From Malacoraja senta (Eukaryota): 64,000 nt of DNA. The DNA is taken from contig JAXLNO010000316.1 in NCBI GenBank assembly GCA_038087875.1, positions 1 through 64,000 of the forward strand. The letters run 5' to 3'. A program made the position numbers and the translations under genes. Shown piece by piece: positions 25,970 through 38,261 of this stretch (its first letter is position 1; every line of letters starts with the position of its first letter). Under the pieces are notes generated by a model. The model ran no database searches. It had not been told where the DNA came from and saw only the letters and a list, made by a program, of their open reading frames with translations.

Positions 25970-27880
25970 ATAAGAAAAACTAACCTGAAAACTTTGTGTC
26001 TTAATGCGATGAGCATTTGAAAAAAGGTGGATGAATTGAATGCCCAGTTAGTAGTTAAGGGATATGATATAGTTGGAATTACGGAGACATGGCTCCAGGG
26101 TGACCAAGGCTGGGAGCTAAACATGCAGCGGTGGTCGATATTCAGGAAGGATAGACAGAAACGAAGAGGAGGTGAGGTGGCATTGCTAGTTAAAGAGGAG
26201 ATTAATGAAATAGCAAGGAGAGACATTAGCTTGGATGCTGTAGAATCGATATGGGTAGATCTGCAAAATAGCCAAGGGCAGAAAACACTTGTTGGAGTTG
26301 TACAGAGACCAGCAAATAGCAGTAGAGAAGTTGGGGACAGCATCAAGCAGGAAATGAGTGATGCGTGTAACAAAGGTACAAGGGATATCATGGGTAACTT
26401 TAATCTAAATATAGATTGGGCCAACCAAATTGGTAACAGTGCTGAGGAGGAGGATTTCCTGGAATGTATACGGGATGGGTTTTTAAACCAATATGTAGAG
26501 GAACCGACCAGAGGGCAGGCCATCCTAGACTGGGTATTGTGTAATGAGAAAGGGTTAGTTGGCGATCTTGTTGTGCAAGGCCCCTTGGGCAGCAGTGACC
26601 ATAATACGGTGGAATTCTGCATCAGGATGGAGAATGACACGGTTAATTATGAGACAAGGGGCCTGAACTTGAATAAAGGAAACTTTGAAGATATTAGATG
26701 GGAATTGGCTGGGAATAGACTGGCAAATTATACTTATAGGGTTGACAGCAGAGATGCAATGACAAAAATTTAAAGACCGCATGGATGAACTCCAGAAATT
26801 GTTCATCAATGTCTGGCGAAAAAAAAAAACTGGTTAGGCGGCTCAACTTGGGGAAGTCCAGGACAAGGGGTCACAGCTTAAGGATAAGGGGGAAATCCTT
26901 TAAAACCGAGATGAGAAGAACTTTTTTCACACAGAGAGTGGTGAATCTCTGGAACTCTCTGCCACAGAGGGTAGTCGAGGCCAGTTCATTGGCTATATTT
27001 AAGAGGGAGTTAGATGTGGCCCTTGTGGCTGAAGGGATCAGAGGGTATGGAGAGAAGGCAGGTACGGGATACTGAGTTGGATGATCAGCCATGATCATAT
27101 TGAATGGCGGTGCAGGCTCGAAGGGCCGAATGGCCTACTCCTGCACCTAATTTCTATGTTTCTATGTTTCTATGTTTCTAACCGTGGGTAATGAGGGAAG
27201 TCAAGGATAGAGTTAGATCCAAGGAAGAAGCATATAAATTGGCCAGAAGAAGCTACAAACCAGAGGACAGGGAGAAATTTAGAACTCAACAGGAGGACCA
27301 AGGCGTTATTTAAGAGGGGTTTAAAGAGCATGAAAGAAAGTTTGCAGGGAATATAAAAATTAACTGTAAATGTTTCTTTGGGCATGTAAAAAGGAAAAGA
27401 TTAGTGAAGACAAATGTAGCTCCCTTACAGTCAGAGACAGGTGAATGTAGAATAGGATACAAGGAAATGGCAGGACAGTTAAACAAGTACTTTGGTTCTG
27501 TCTTCACTAAGGAAGACACAAACAATCTCCTGGAAATACTAGGGGACCGAGGATCTACTGGGAGGGAGGAACTGAAGGGAAACCACATTAGTCAGAAAAT
27601 GGTGTTAGGTAAAATGTTGGGACTGAAGGGAGATAAATCCCCAGTGTCTGATGGTCTGCATCCCAGAGTACTCAGGGAGGTGGCCCTAGAAATCGTGGAT
27701 GCATTGGTGATCATTTTCCAATGTTCTCTCGACTCTAGATCAGTTCCTGTGGACTGGAGGGAAGCCAATGTAACTCCACTTTTTAAGAGAGAAAATGGAT
27801 AATTAGAGACCAGTTAGGCTTACATCGGTAGTGGGGAAGATGCTGGTTGATTATTAAAGATGATATAGCAGCACCTTTAG
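25970..27880 (+). mobile_element. CR1 ORF2 APE + RT N-terminus, with a nested CR1 3' end (26848-27180)
   Basis: ORF 26027-26773 GITETWL, GNFN, PTRGQAILD, LGSSDH; ORF 27404-27802 KSP..DGLHPRVL, VPVDWREANVTPLFK. Confidence 0.93.
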
Positions 27881-28847
27881 AATGTGGGAACTGGAGCATC
27901 CAGAGAACACCCATGTGGTCACAAGGAGAACATACATACTTCGTACAGGCAGACTCGTGGTCAGGATCTAATCCGGGCCTCTGGCGCTGCGCCAGTATGC
28001 AGCCACAAAGTGTGTTCTCCACAATTATTTCACTGTCCTCCATTTCATTCTCCTTGATAAAAACCAATACAAAGTTCTCATTTAGTACCTCTCCAACATC
28101 TCCAGACTCCAAGCACAAATTCCCTTCTTGATCCTTGAGCAGTCCTACTTTCTCCCTGGTTTCCTCCTGTTTTTAATACTGACACAAGCAAGTTACATTT
28201 AACTTACCCTCATGTAAAAAAATTACAATAGGTGGTCCTGATTTCTGAATGACCTGTGCTATTGCAATGGGAGGATGGCAAGGGTTTCCCGTCAGCTTCA
28301 TGGATACAAAAACGTTGCATGGGATCGCTGATCTTCCAGCTTCAGCCCCTATTGGATTGACACTGGGAAGGCGAGCGAGAATGAGGGAGCAAATCCTGGC
28401 CGAGTTGCAGTCATCTTTCACAAGATGCACCAGCCAGTCCTTCACCAGCTGCTGCACCGTCTAGTTGACATGGCTGTTGATGCGGCTCATATTGTAGCCC
28501 CATGGCCGACGGAGCTTTCTTTGGGCCGCCTCCACCAACAAGACACGCGGAGCCACTGTCGGCCTCCCTCCCCTCTCACCATCTACTGCTTCCAGTTGGC
28601 CTTCACTGAGTCCACTCCACCGTTCTGCTTCCACCGCCGCCTCCTCCTTCACCCCCAGAGTTGCCGACATATGAAGATGTCAGCGACTCTGGAGCAGAAG
28701 GTGGAAGAGTCAACAGTGCAGGGGGGAGCTGACAAAGTGACAGCTGACCAGCAGTACTGGCACAGAGTTCTAAGAAATAGCTGAAAGTAACAGAAAGTAA
28801 CTGAGCAGATTAAATCAGTCTTAAGAAGGGTCCAACCCGTAATGTCA

Positions 28848-30111
28848 AGTCAAGTCAAGTCACATTTATTTATATAGCACATTTAAAAAACACAACTCTC
28901 GTTGGCCAAAGTGCTTTACATTTGTTATAAGAATAACACAAACAAACAAAGTACATACATATATACATGTAGCCCTCACTCAAAGGACGTCAGGAAAGGC
29001 TTGGGAGTACAGATAAGTCTTTAGTCTTGACATAAAAGAGTCGATGGAGGGGGCAGTTCTGATGGGAAAGGGGATGCTGTTCCACAGTCTAGGGGCTGCA
29101 ACCACAAAGGCACAGTCACCCCTGAGCTTATGCCTAGACCGTGGGATATTCAGCAACCCCAAGACAGCCGATCTGAGGGGCCTGGAGGTGGAGTGGTGGG
29201 TGAGAAGACTTTTTATGTAGGTGGGGGCAAGGCCATTGAGGGCTTTGTAGACATGGAGGAGGATATTGAAGTTTATACGGAACCGCACAGGGAGCCAGTG
29301 GAGAGAGACCAGGATCGGGGTGATGTGGTCCCTTTTTCGGGTGCCCGTCAGGAGTCTCGCTGCGGCGTTTTGGACCAGTTGCAGACGGGACAGGGAAGAT
29401 TGGCTGATGCCAGTGTAAAGGGAGTTGCAGTAATCTAGGCAGGAGGAGATGAATGTGTGGATGATCTTTTCGAGGTCATCAAACTGGAGGAATTGTTTTA
29501 TTTTAGCTATCGTCCGAAGCTGAAAGAAGCTAGCTTTTACCACGGCGTTGACTTGTTTGTCAAATTTCAGTGCTGAGTCAAATATCACGCCATGGTTTTT
29601 GACGTGAGGTTTGAGTAGTGGGGTAAGGCTTCCAAGGCTGCCTGCTGTCATTTTGATTGAGTCCGAGGGGCCGAGAAGGATGACCTCAGACTTACTCTCG
29701 TTTAGTTGGAGGGAGTTCTGGGCCATCCAACACTTTATATCTTCGAGGCAGTGGGTAAGGTTAAACAGATTTGATTGGTTTTTGGGCTTCAGGAGGAGAT
29801 AGACTTGTGTATCGTCTGCGTAGCAATGGAAGGAAATGCCGTGCCTTTCAATGACTTGGCCTAAGGGGAGCATATACAGGGAGAAGAGAATGGGGCCAAG
29901 GATGGAACCTTGTGGAACACCACAGCAGAGATTAGCTGGGGAGGAGAAAGAGTTGCCTATGTTAGTCGAGAAACTCCTACCTTTGAGGTAGAAGATGAAC
30001 CAGCTCAGGGCAGTGCCATCAATACCAACCCCATACGGTCAATTAGGATGGTGTGGTCGACAGTATCAAATGCTGCGCTGAGGTCAAGAAGGAGCAGAAT
30101 TGCACAGACAG
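28848..30111 (-). mobile_element. L2-clade LINE, 5'-truncated
   Basis: ORF 28980-29873 FHCYADDTQ, LQLVQNAAARLL, HITPIL..LHWLPV; (GACTT)n tail; TSD AATGTCA at 28841-28847 and 30112-30118 inside a Penelope terminus. Confidence 0.93.
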
Positions 30112-30289
30112 AATGTCACCTCCATGATCTCCAGAGATGTTGCCTGACTCGCTGAGTTACTCCAGCACTTTGTGCCATTTTGTGCATTAACCTGCATGTG
30201 CAGTTCTATATTTCTACCTAGTTTTAAAGTGATTCCAACATGAGTCAAATCTGATTTACGTTAGGATTTATGGAATGTAACCCTTACAT

Positions 30290-31233
30290 CAATCAGGGAG
30301 TGTATGTAAGAAATCCTTTGGGATTTTCGTTAATGTGACTCACCAAAGACATGTTGTGGCCCCTTTTTGACCCTTCGAATTGCCCACTTGAATTCTTTAT
30401 ATTCCTCAAAGGCCCTCTGATTCCATCCTCAAATCCTGCGTGCACTCCATTTTTCCATTTGACCAAATTTATAACCTCTTTGGTTATCCAATGTTCCATT
30501 AATTTGCCGTCCTCATCCCTCATCCCCATGGGAACAGTTCTGAACTTGAATCAACTGGTCTTTAGGCGATTCCCACATGACGGATGTAGAATTACCACTG
30601 ACTCAGTGCTCCCACTGTACTCTCCTGAGCTCCTGCCTAATTAATTTGTAGTTTGCCTTAACCTGGTTTAGTACTTTAGTAAGGTTCAGTCTTTTCCGCA
30701 TTTAAAACAATATCAAAACCGATGGAGTTGTGATCACTAGCCCTGAAATGCTCTCCCACTGAAACACCAGTCACCGGGCCAAGCTCATTTCCCAACACAA
30801 GGTCCAGTATGTTCCCTTCCAGGGTCAGACTACCCACATAATTGTTCAAGAAACCCTTACGGATACACCTCACAATAAGCCTTTTGCAATGAGTAATTTG
30901 GAGTCAAAGTCACTACTAAGTCCTCTGTGGGAAATCTGTCTATGTATCTGTTCCACTATCTCCTGCTTGCTATTGTGTGTGTGTTTGGGGTGGTCTATAT
31001 ACAATCTCATGATTACAGTACAACCTTATTTCTAAGCTTCACTCATATTACCTCAGCAGATGAACCGTCCAATGCATCCTCTCTGAGTGCTGCTGTGACA
31101 GTCTCCTTTATTAGTCGTGCACCTCCTCCACCTCTTTTGCCTCCCTCCCGACCATATCTGAAACAACAAAACCCTGGAACATTGAGCTGCCACTGGAATA
31201 CCTCTCGCAACCACATTTCCACAATGGCCACAT
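30290..31233 (-). mobile_element. CR1 ORF2 APE fragment
   Basis: VAIVEMWL, RGGG, NILDLVLGNE, HFRASDHN motifs. Confidence 0.85.
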
Positions 31234-32895
31234 TGTAGTAATTCACGCGTCTTTATTCACAATTACAACTGTTAAACACACACGTCAGAGCTCTAGCAAG
31301 GTCTGTAGGACACACCCGCGGACTGATGATGATCTTCACTCGCAAACTCCCGTGTGACCCAAACAGTCACGTGAACTTTCCACCTCAACTGACAAGGGTT
31401 CGATCCATAAGTGGCTCAACCACCAGATGGCGCCAAATGGCTCACCCACCCCCCCAGAACCGGAGGAACGATTAGGCAGACGAATGTGGTGGCCCGACCT
31501 CGTACACACAGCACCCTTGCTCACGGAAACAATCGGCAAAGGCGTGAGCAGAAGCGGGCCGGATGGCGGACGCCCCTGACGGCGAGGGAAGGCCACATGC
31601 ACGGGCTGACTAATGTCCAAATGAGCCGGCTGAAGGCGAGCAACTGACACAGTCTCTCGCCGGCTCCCCATGCCCAGCACAAAAGTCGAGGTGCCGGGCT
31701 GCAGCACCCGGAAAGGACCCTCATACGGTCGTTGCAGCGGTGTCCGGTGAGCACCACGATGCAGGAAAACATGCTGGCAGTCCATGAGGGCAGAAGGGAC
31801 GTGCGTAGGAGTAAGTCCGTGACAGGATGTCGGAACAGGGGAAAGCGTGCCCACCTTTTCCCGGAGACACACCAGCAGGGACGAGGGCGGCTCCTGCTGC
31901 CCATGTGCCGCGGGAATGAAATCCCCTGGAACTGTAAGCAGGGTGCCATACACCAACAGCAGAAGAAGTAGCCAAGTCCTCCATTGGAGCCGCGCGTATC
32001 CCCAACAGAAGCCATAGCAACTCATCCAACCAATCCGGACCCGTGAGCCGCACCTTCAAGGAAGCTTACAGGTGTCGGTGAAACCGCTCGACCAAACCGT
32101 TGGATTGTGGGTGGTAATCCGTGGTGTGATGTAGCTGAGCTCCCAACAGCCGAGACATGGCAGACCATAACTCGGAAGGTGAACTGTGTACCCCCCTGTC
32201 AGACTAGATGTCCATCGACATACCGAAACGAGCAATCCAGTGGGCAGCGAGGGCACGTGCACACATTGCAGCAGAGATATCATCGAGCGGGACAGCCTCC
32301 GTCCACCGCGTGAAGCGATCCACAACGGTGAGAAGCTGAATGAAACCCCTGCATGGGGGGCAGCAGACCCATGATGTCAACGTAAACCGCCGGTGAGGTG
32401 AGGCTAAATTCTGCAAGGGCGCCTTGACGTGACGCTAGACCTTGTACGTCTGACAGGGAATACATGCCCTGGCCCAGTTGCTGACCTGCTTGTGCAACCC
32501 ATGCCACATAAACCTGGCCGCCATCAATGCTGTCTTCACCCGGATGGCAGGGTGAGCCAAACCATGAATCATGTCGAACACCCGGCGACACCAAGCTGCA
32601 GGGATGATCGGTCTCAGCTAACCAGTAGACACATCACACACAACCGTTGGACCAGTGGCACCAAACCGCACATCCTCCATCACCCGGCCGGAAATGGCGG
32701 TGCGGTAGGCGAGCATCTCCGCATCTGCCTGCTGTGCAGCCACTCAGGAGGTCGCAGGTAATGACTGAAAAAGTCAAGGGGCTGCCAGCGTCCATCAATC
32801 AACTGCTCCAGCACGTCCCCCACTGCGGTGCCAATGGTGTCAACCGTCAGTGCGGTCGGGGCATCAGCATCGTCGCCTTCCCCAGCGCCTCTTTC
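31234..32895 (-). mobile_element. pol: Ty3/Gypsy 3' half: RNase H end, integrase, PPT and 3' LTR (31234-~31449)
   Basis: HPG, YVDIMG.LPP, LLTVVDRFTRW.EA.P, WIARFG, LLGIRAAP.EDL, PLQRPYEGPF, ETVSV.RL.PA motifs; G-rich PPT near 31450; LTR end TGTAGT. Confidence 0.9.
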
Positions 32896-35361
32896 ATAGT
32901 TTAGTTCAGTTTAGAGATACAGCGTGGAAACACAGTGCAGATCAGCGATCACCTGTACGTTAGTTATGTTCTACACACTAGGGACAATTCACAAAGTATA
33001 GGGTAGAACTACCGCAGTGGTTCTATCTTCCCTCCCACGTAACTGCTGTAGTGGTTCTATCTTTGCTCCACATTGCAAATCCAAAGACATTGTGACAGGT
33101 TGGGTCCGCCACCCCCCGTCATTACGTGCAGGTTTGTCGCCCAACTAGTCTCCGCGAACCACGGGCACAGTCAAAGAACCGGTCCAACCCCGACCGTCCC
33201 CGGTGACCGCACCCCACGCAAAGACGTGCAGGCCTGCAGCCCAACTGGTTACCCACGAACTGCTGGACCTCAGCACCATCAGCCCGGGCCTGACCCCGGG
33301 CGTCCCCGTGACCGCACCCAACCCCCCCCCCCCCCCACCATCAGTTTACATTTGATGGTGTCACACAGACAAAAAAAAGTGTTGGGCTCATGCAACTGTA
33401 GGGAACGAATATAAAGAGAAAACATACAGTATTTAATATCAACTATCCCTTGACATTGTAAGTCTTGATGCGGGATGTGGACCCAAAATGTCAACTGTCC
33501 ATTTGGCTCCAGAGATGCTGCTTGACCTGCTGTGGTCCCCCAAGCAGTTAATTTTGCATCATATTTGACAATTTTTTTAAACTTTATGTATATAAAAGTT
33601 AATATTTTCTGTGCAAGCATTGTATCCTGTTCAGTATTTGCATTTTCAAGCTATTTTACAAGCAACATTTCTCCAATGAGCAATTTATTTCCTGCAAATC
33701 TCCAAATTGATTTCCTTGCATCATGCCTGCTTGCCCCAGATCCAGCTGTTACATGAGATGTTTACTTTCATCATGCTGCACGCAGTCTTCATTTCTTCAA
33801 GGCCTTTGGAGGTTAGATTTAATCTTATGTTTCTCCAGTTAATTCAAATAGAAAACAACAGGTCAAACAGCGAACCAATCAACACTTTGCTGCTCCTCAC
33901 CAAGCAACTGTTCAACCCCTTTCATTCACACACTGAATTGCTTTGCGCCTCCTAACCTAAAATACCATAGGCTAATTCAAAATGCTGTGTCCAAACTCCC
34001 AACATCACTATATGGTGGTTATAAAACTACAGACGTTTAGATGATGGTCACATTAATATTGTGTGCAATGCAGCAAAAACTTACATTCAACAACAGAGGC
34101 ATTCTGCTAACCTGTAGTTCCGTGCATTTATTTTACAGGACAGATGAAATGCTACAATGAATCAATGGTTTAATATTTTAGAGAGCTTTTCTGCCAACAA
34201 AATGCGAACATAGATGCTCAGCGCACTAACATGCTGCTTTCTCCTCTGGGACCTGTTTGAAGAAAGGCTGCGAGAATAACTTTCAAAACATCAAACAGTT
34301 TGAGGATGAAAATTGATAAAGATCCACAAGTGAATATAGATGTTACATTTTAATTGTTTACTACAATAATTCAATAAGATGCCTCTCATTCATTCAATGT
34401 TACCTAAAGAAAAGCAGATTGATTCGTGGTAATGCACAACAGTTGATGTTGGCTGTCAACTGTTATCTCAAATTATTTTGTTCTTTTCAAGTCTTTCTGA
34501 TTTTACGATGCCTAAAGTACAGTATGGATTCAAGGATTGTGAATGAATGAGGACAATTTTTTTTCGCTTGACTAAAACGTGACATGTTTCAAGAATTGTC
34601 TAGCAGTGGTGCTGGATAGTGACATTTCAGTCTTTTGGATAAGCTCATTGATCGTATGCAGCAAGATAAAAGTTGGTCAGTATCATGTTCAACACAGATG
34701 TTATGGGTTCAAGGTCCTGTTTCTATGCTGTATTGTTCTATGTTCCCGAACTTTGTTACCTTTGTAAGCTTCTAATCCACATTAAAAAGCTACCTCCAAT
34801 TATTTGTTTCAATCAACAATATCTACACTAAGCAAATGAGTAGAGAGACCTATAACGATATGTGCCTGGACTGTGGAAGTGAGTGGGCAAATGGAGCCTT
34901 ATAAAATGCCTCAGTAGGTCGTGTTCCAAATAGGCAGTCGCTGCTGATCAATGAGGCCCTTGCGATTCAGCTTTGAAACAAGGCAGGGGGGTGATGGACA
35001 ATAAAATAAATGTAAAACTAAATTGGATGTATCATTGCAGTTTATTTTTGTGGGATTGTGAGGTGCATTTTCAAATTAACATGATATCGGAGCACAGAAG
35101 GAGACCAAGTTCCCCACTGAGTTCATATTGGCTCTATTTAAGATAAATCCAGCTATATTTGTTACTTGTCTCTCTCACAGCTCTGCAGATTATTTTCTTT
35201 CAGATAGTTACCCACATCGCCTTTGACATCTTTCAATCTGCCTCCATTACAACCCAGGATGGTGCATTCTAAACCCTAACTACTTGTTGTTTCAACAAAA
35301 GAAAATCACTGACTAATTTCCAAATCTCATTACTTTTGTCTTCCATATTAATTAACCCTTC

Positions 35362-35670
35362 TTAGTTCAGTTTAGAGATACAGCGCGGAAACACGCCGTT
35401 CGGCCCACCGGGTCCGCGCCGACCAGCGATCCCCGCACATTAACACTATCCTACACCCACCAGGGACAATGATTACATTTACACCAAGCCAATTAACCTA
35501 CAAACATGTACGTTCTTGGAGTGTGGGAGGAAACCGAAGATCTTGGAGAAAACTCACGCAGGTCACGGGGAGAACGTACAAACTCCGTACAGACAGCACC
35601 CGCAGTCGGGATCGAACCCTGGTCTTCTGCGCTGCATTCGCTGTAAGGCAGAATCTCTACCGCTGCACCA
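35362..35670 (-). mobile_element. HE1-like tRNA-derived V-SINE, near full length
   Basis: Minus strand: A box TGGTGCAGCGGTAG, B box GGTTCGATCC, V-core GGAGTTTGTACGTTCTCCCCGTG, CR1-like tail with (CTAAA)n. Confidence 0.88.
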
Positions 35671-36394
35671 TGCACTCCCAATGAAAAAAGTTTCTATCAC
35701 CTCTGCCCAGATTCTTCTTGATTTTAACCACCTCTATCAGATCTCAATGCAACTGCCTCGGAGAACCACCCTATTTTCATCAGTTTATCCGCAATTCTAA
35801 AAAAATAATTGGGTCAATAAACCCTGATGTCGTTAAACCATTGTTTCAACAGAGATTGCAGAGCTGACAAGATGAGGACTCTGAGAAATCTGAAAAGCAG
35901 CTGTTAGATGAGTCAAGGGTGTTTTAATGTCATCTGTCATATGAATAAGGGCAGGTTACTGTTAACAGAGATTTCGGAGCTGAAAGGTGGGGACCCAGGG
36001 ATTCGATAAGACTTTACTTTACATGAGTAAAAACGGCGAGTGCTGTACTAAAGGAAGGCAGGCACAAGCAGAGTGGCTATTTTACAGTGGATGCATTTGC
36101 AAATGGTTGTGATTAAGGTGAAGTACAGAGGCTTGGATTCGAGCGGTTTCGGCGAGGAGCCTGAAGTTAAGATAAGGCAAGTTGTTTTCCACTTTCATCT
36201 GCAATCGGGGTGGCAGGTAAGGCAGTGGTTTGCTCCTCAAGCGGAATGTGGGAGTACAGGGAAACGTGGTGACTACCAGTGACGTGCGGTGAGGTCAATG
36301 GCTGGGGAGGCAATAGCTAGTATCAGTGGCTCGGCCCTCCCTGCATTGATCACCGCCTCTCCCCGAGGAGTGAGAGGGTGGAGCCATGGCTGGG

Positions 36395-36620
36395 AGGGAG
36401 GGATAGAGAAGAGAAGGGAGGGAGAGAGAGAGAGAAGGGAGAGAAAGAGAGAAGGGAGGGAGAGAGAGAATGGGGAGAGAGCAAAGGAGAGAGAGAGAGA
36501 AAATGAGAGAGAGAATGGGGGGTGAGAGAGAAGGGAGAGAGATAGAAGGGAGAGAGAGAGAATGGGGAGAGAGAGGAGAGAGAGGGAGAATGGGGAGAGA
36601 GAGAGAAGGGAGGGAGGAAC
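36395..36620. repeat. GA-rich low-complexity tract
   Basis: Degenerate (GGAGA/GA)n. Confidence 0.9.
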
Positions 36621-36759
36621 GATGGCACGTTATAACCCGCAGCCATCCCATTCTGACCGCCGCCGAACCCCCCACGCACCATTGCACACTTCTTCACGGC
36701 GGCCCAGTGATGTCTCGGCTCTGACAATTCGAGGGATCTAACCGGTAACAACACTAAGA

Positions 36760-36858
36760 GCAGCCCCGGGCCGCCGCGCTCCCCGACTCGAATCTGAGCT
36801 TGAAAAATCAGGTGGTGGGCCTGATGTGTCCCGCGGGCCATATTTTGGAGACTCCTGC
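36760..36858. mobile_element. hAT-like (Charlie-type) transposon end
   Basis: Ends CGCGGGCCATATTTTGGAGACTCCTG, the reverse complement of a CAGGGGTCTCCAA-type TIR, with GGGCC subterminal repeats; partner end not located. Confidence 0.45.
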
Positions 36859-37624
36859 CTTACATGAACTAAACAAAACTGTACAGAAGTAAAAAAATTG
36901 ATGACTTTATTATTGTGATAAGTAAAGATCTATTTATTTAAAATCTAATAACTTTCTAATGTACCGACAAAGTCTACCTTCCCAAGTGGCGTATCTTGCT
37001 CCGCTCCATGATCTTTGGTCTGCGCCGCCGCTGCTGAGGCTAGCTAACGTGGAGGGAGAGTGAGGTAGCGTCTATTACGTGGGCTGAGCCTACGTAATTG
37101 ACGCGCGCTCTTCCTCCACTGGGCTCAAGACACGCCCCATTGTGAGGCAGATGTGATCGCTGCCTCCCCTGGAGCTTTTTCAATGCAGTTTTATGATGAG
37201 ACCAGCAAGCACAAATTTAATATCTTTATATGTGAAATACGTTACCTGGACTATGGAAGGTAAGGACATGTAATGAAGGGATTTAAACACATTACTTTGG
37301 TGACACACATAGAGATGGTAACTGGCACACGCTCATCGCTGCCTCACCTCTCATCTCTCCCTGTACTTGCAGCGGAGCTGCGAAAAATTTGCGATTTTTA
37401 CTATAAAAAATGATTAGATTCACATAGAAATGACATTTATAACAGATCAGTGGAAAAATCTTTATATTTATTTATTATTATTATTTTTCTTAACTTTTCT
37501 TAACAGCTATTTTCATTGGGAGTATGATAGGTGAGGCTCTACGTCCCCTGACCGCATGTGCCTGGTGACTACACCTGTGGGAAGTATGTCCAGCTGCATG
37601 AAGGAACTGGATCTGGATGCACTC

Positions 37625-37960
37625 AATAGACAATAGACAATAGGTGCAGGAGTAGGCCATTCGGCCCTTCGAGCCAGCACTGCCATTTAATGTGATCATG
37701 GCTGATCATCCACAATCAATACCCCGTTCCTGCCTTCTGGACTCCCCCAACATCGGGAACATGTTTCCTGCCTCTAACATGTCCAATCCCTTAATAATCA
37801 TATATGGTTCAATAAGATCTCCTCTTATCCTTCTAAACTCCAAAGTGTACAAGCCCAGCCTCGCCATTCTCTCACAATATAACAATCACCATCCTGAGAA
37901 TTAACCTTGTAAACGTACGCTGCACTCCCTCAATAGCAAGAATGTCCTTCCTCAAATTGG
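37625..37960 (-). mobile_element. CR1 3' fragment with internal deletions, inserted in a CR1 ORF1 remnant (37510-38140)
   Basis: (CAATAGA)n tail and 3'UTR; the flanks encode DYTCGK.VQL-like ORF1 zinc-finger sequence. Confidence 0.75.
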
Positions 37961-38261
37961 GGGACTCGGGTTAATGTGGAATGTTAAGGGCATCAGAGAT
38001 AGGAGATTTAGCAGTGGTCTTTCCGAAGCTGCAGGCAAAAAGTAGCTGGGAAGCCACCAGGAAAGGTAAAGGGAGTTGACAGAGAGGTCAGGAATCTTCC
38101 GTGGCCATTTGATTGAAAGTATGTAAACCATTTTGGATACTGGTTGAGTCATACAGCACAAAAACAGACCACAACTACAGATTTGCCCTGGACAAGCTTT
38201 TTAGTCACTTTATAAAAAAAACTCAATCAGGTTTGTAATTGATGATCTCCCATGTACAAAA

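Larger units (their letters stand above)
21916..26415. repeat. Tandem segmental duplication, copy B
   Basis: Colinear with 16709-21047; the CR1 APE continues past 26415 in this copy. Confidence 0.95.

Noticed and set aside
33560..35350. Largest non-repetitive stretch as host exons
   Set aside because: No convincing ORF with splice sites or a recognisable protein in the frames I checked; it may still hold regulatory or small-exon sequence.
35590..35670. tRNA gene
   Set aside because: The A/B boxes belong to a V-SINE head; no full cloverleaf.
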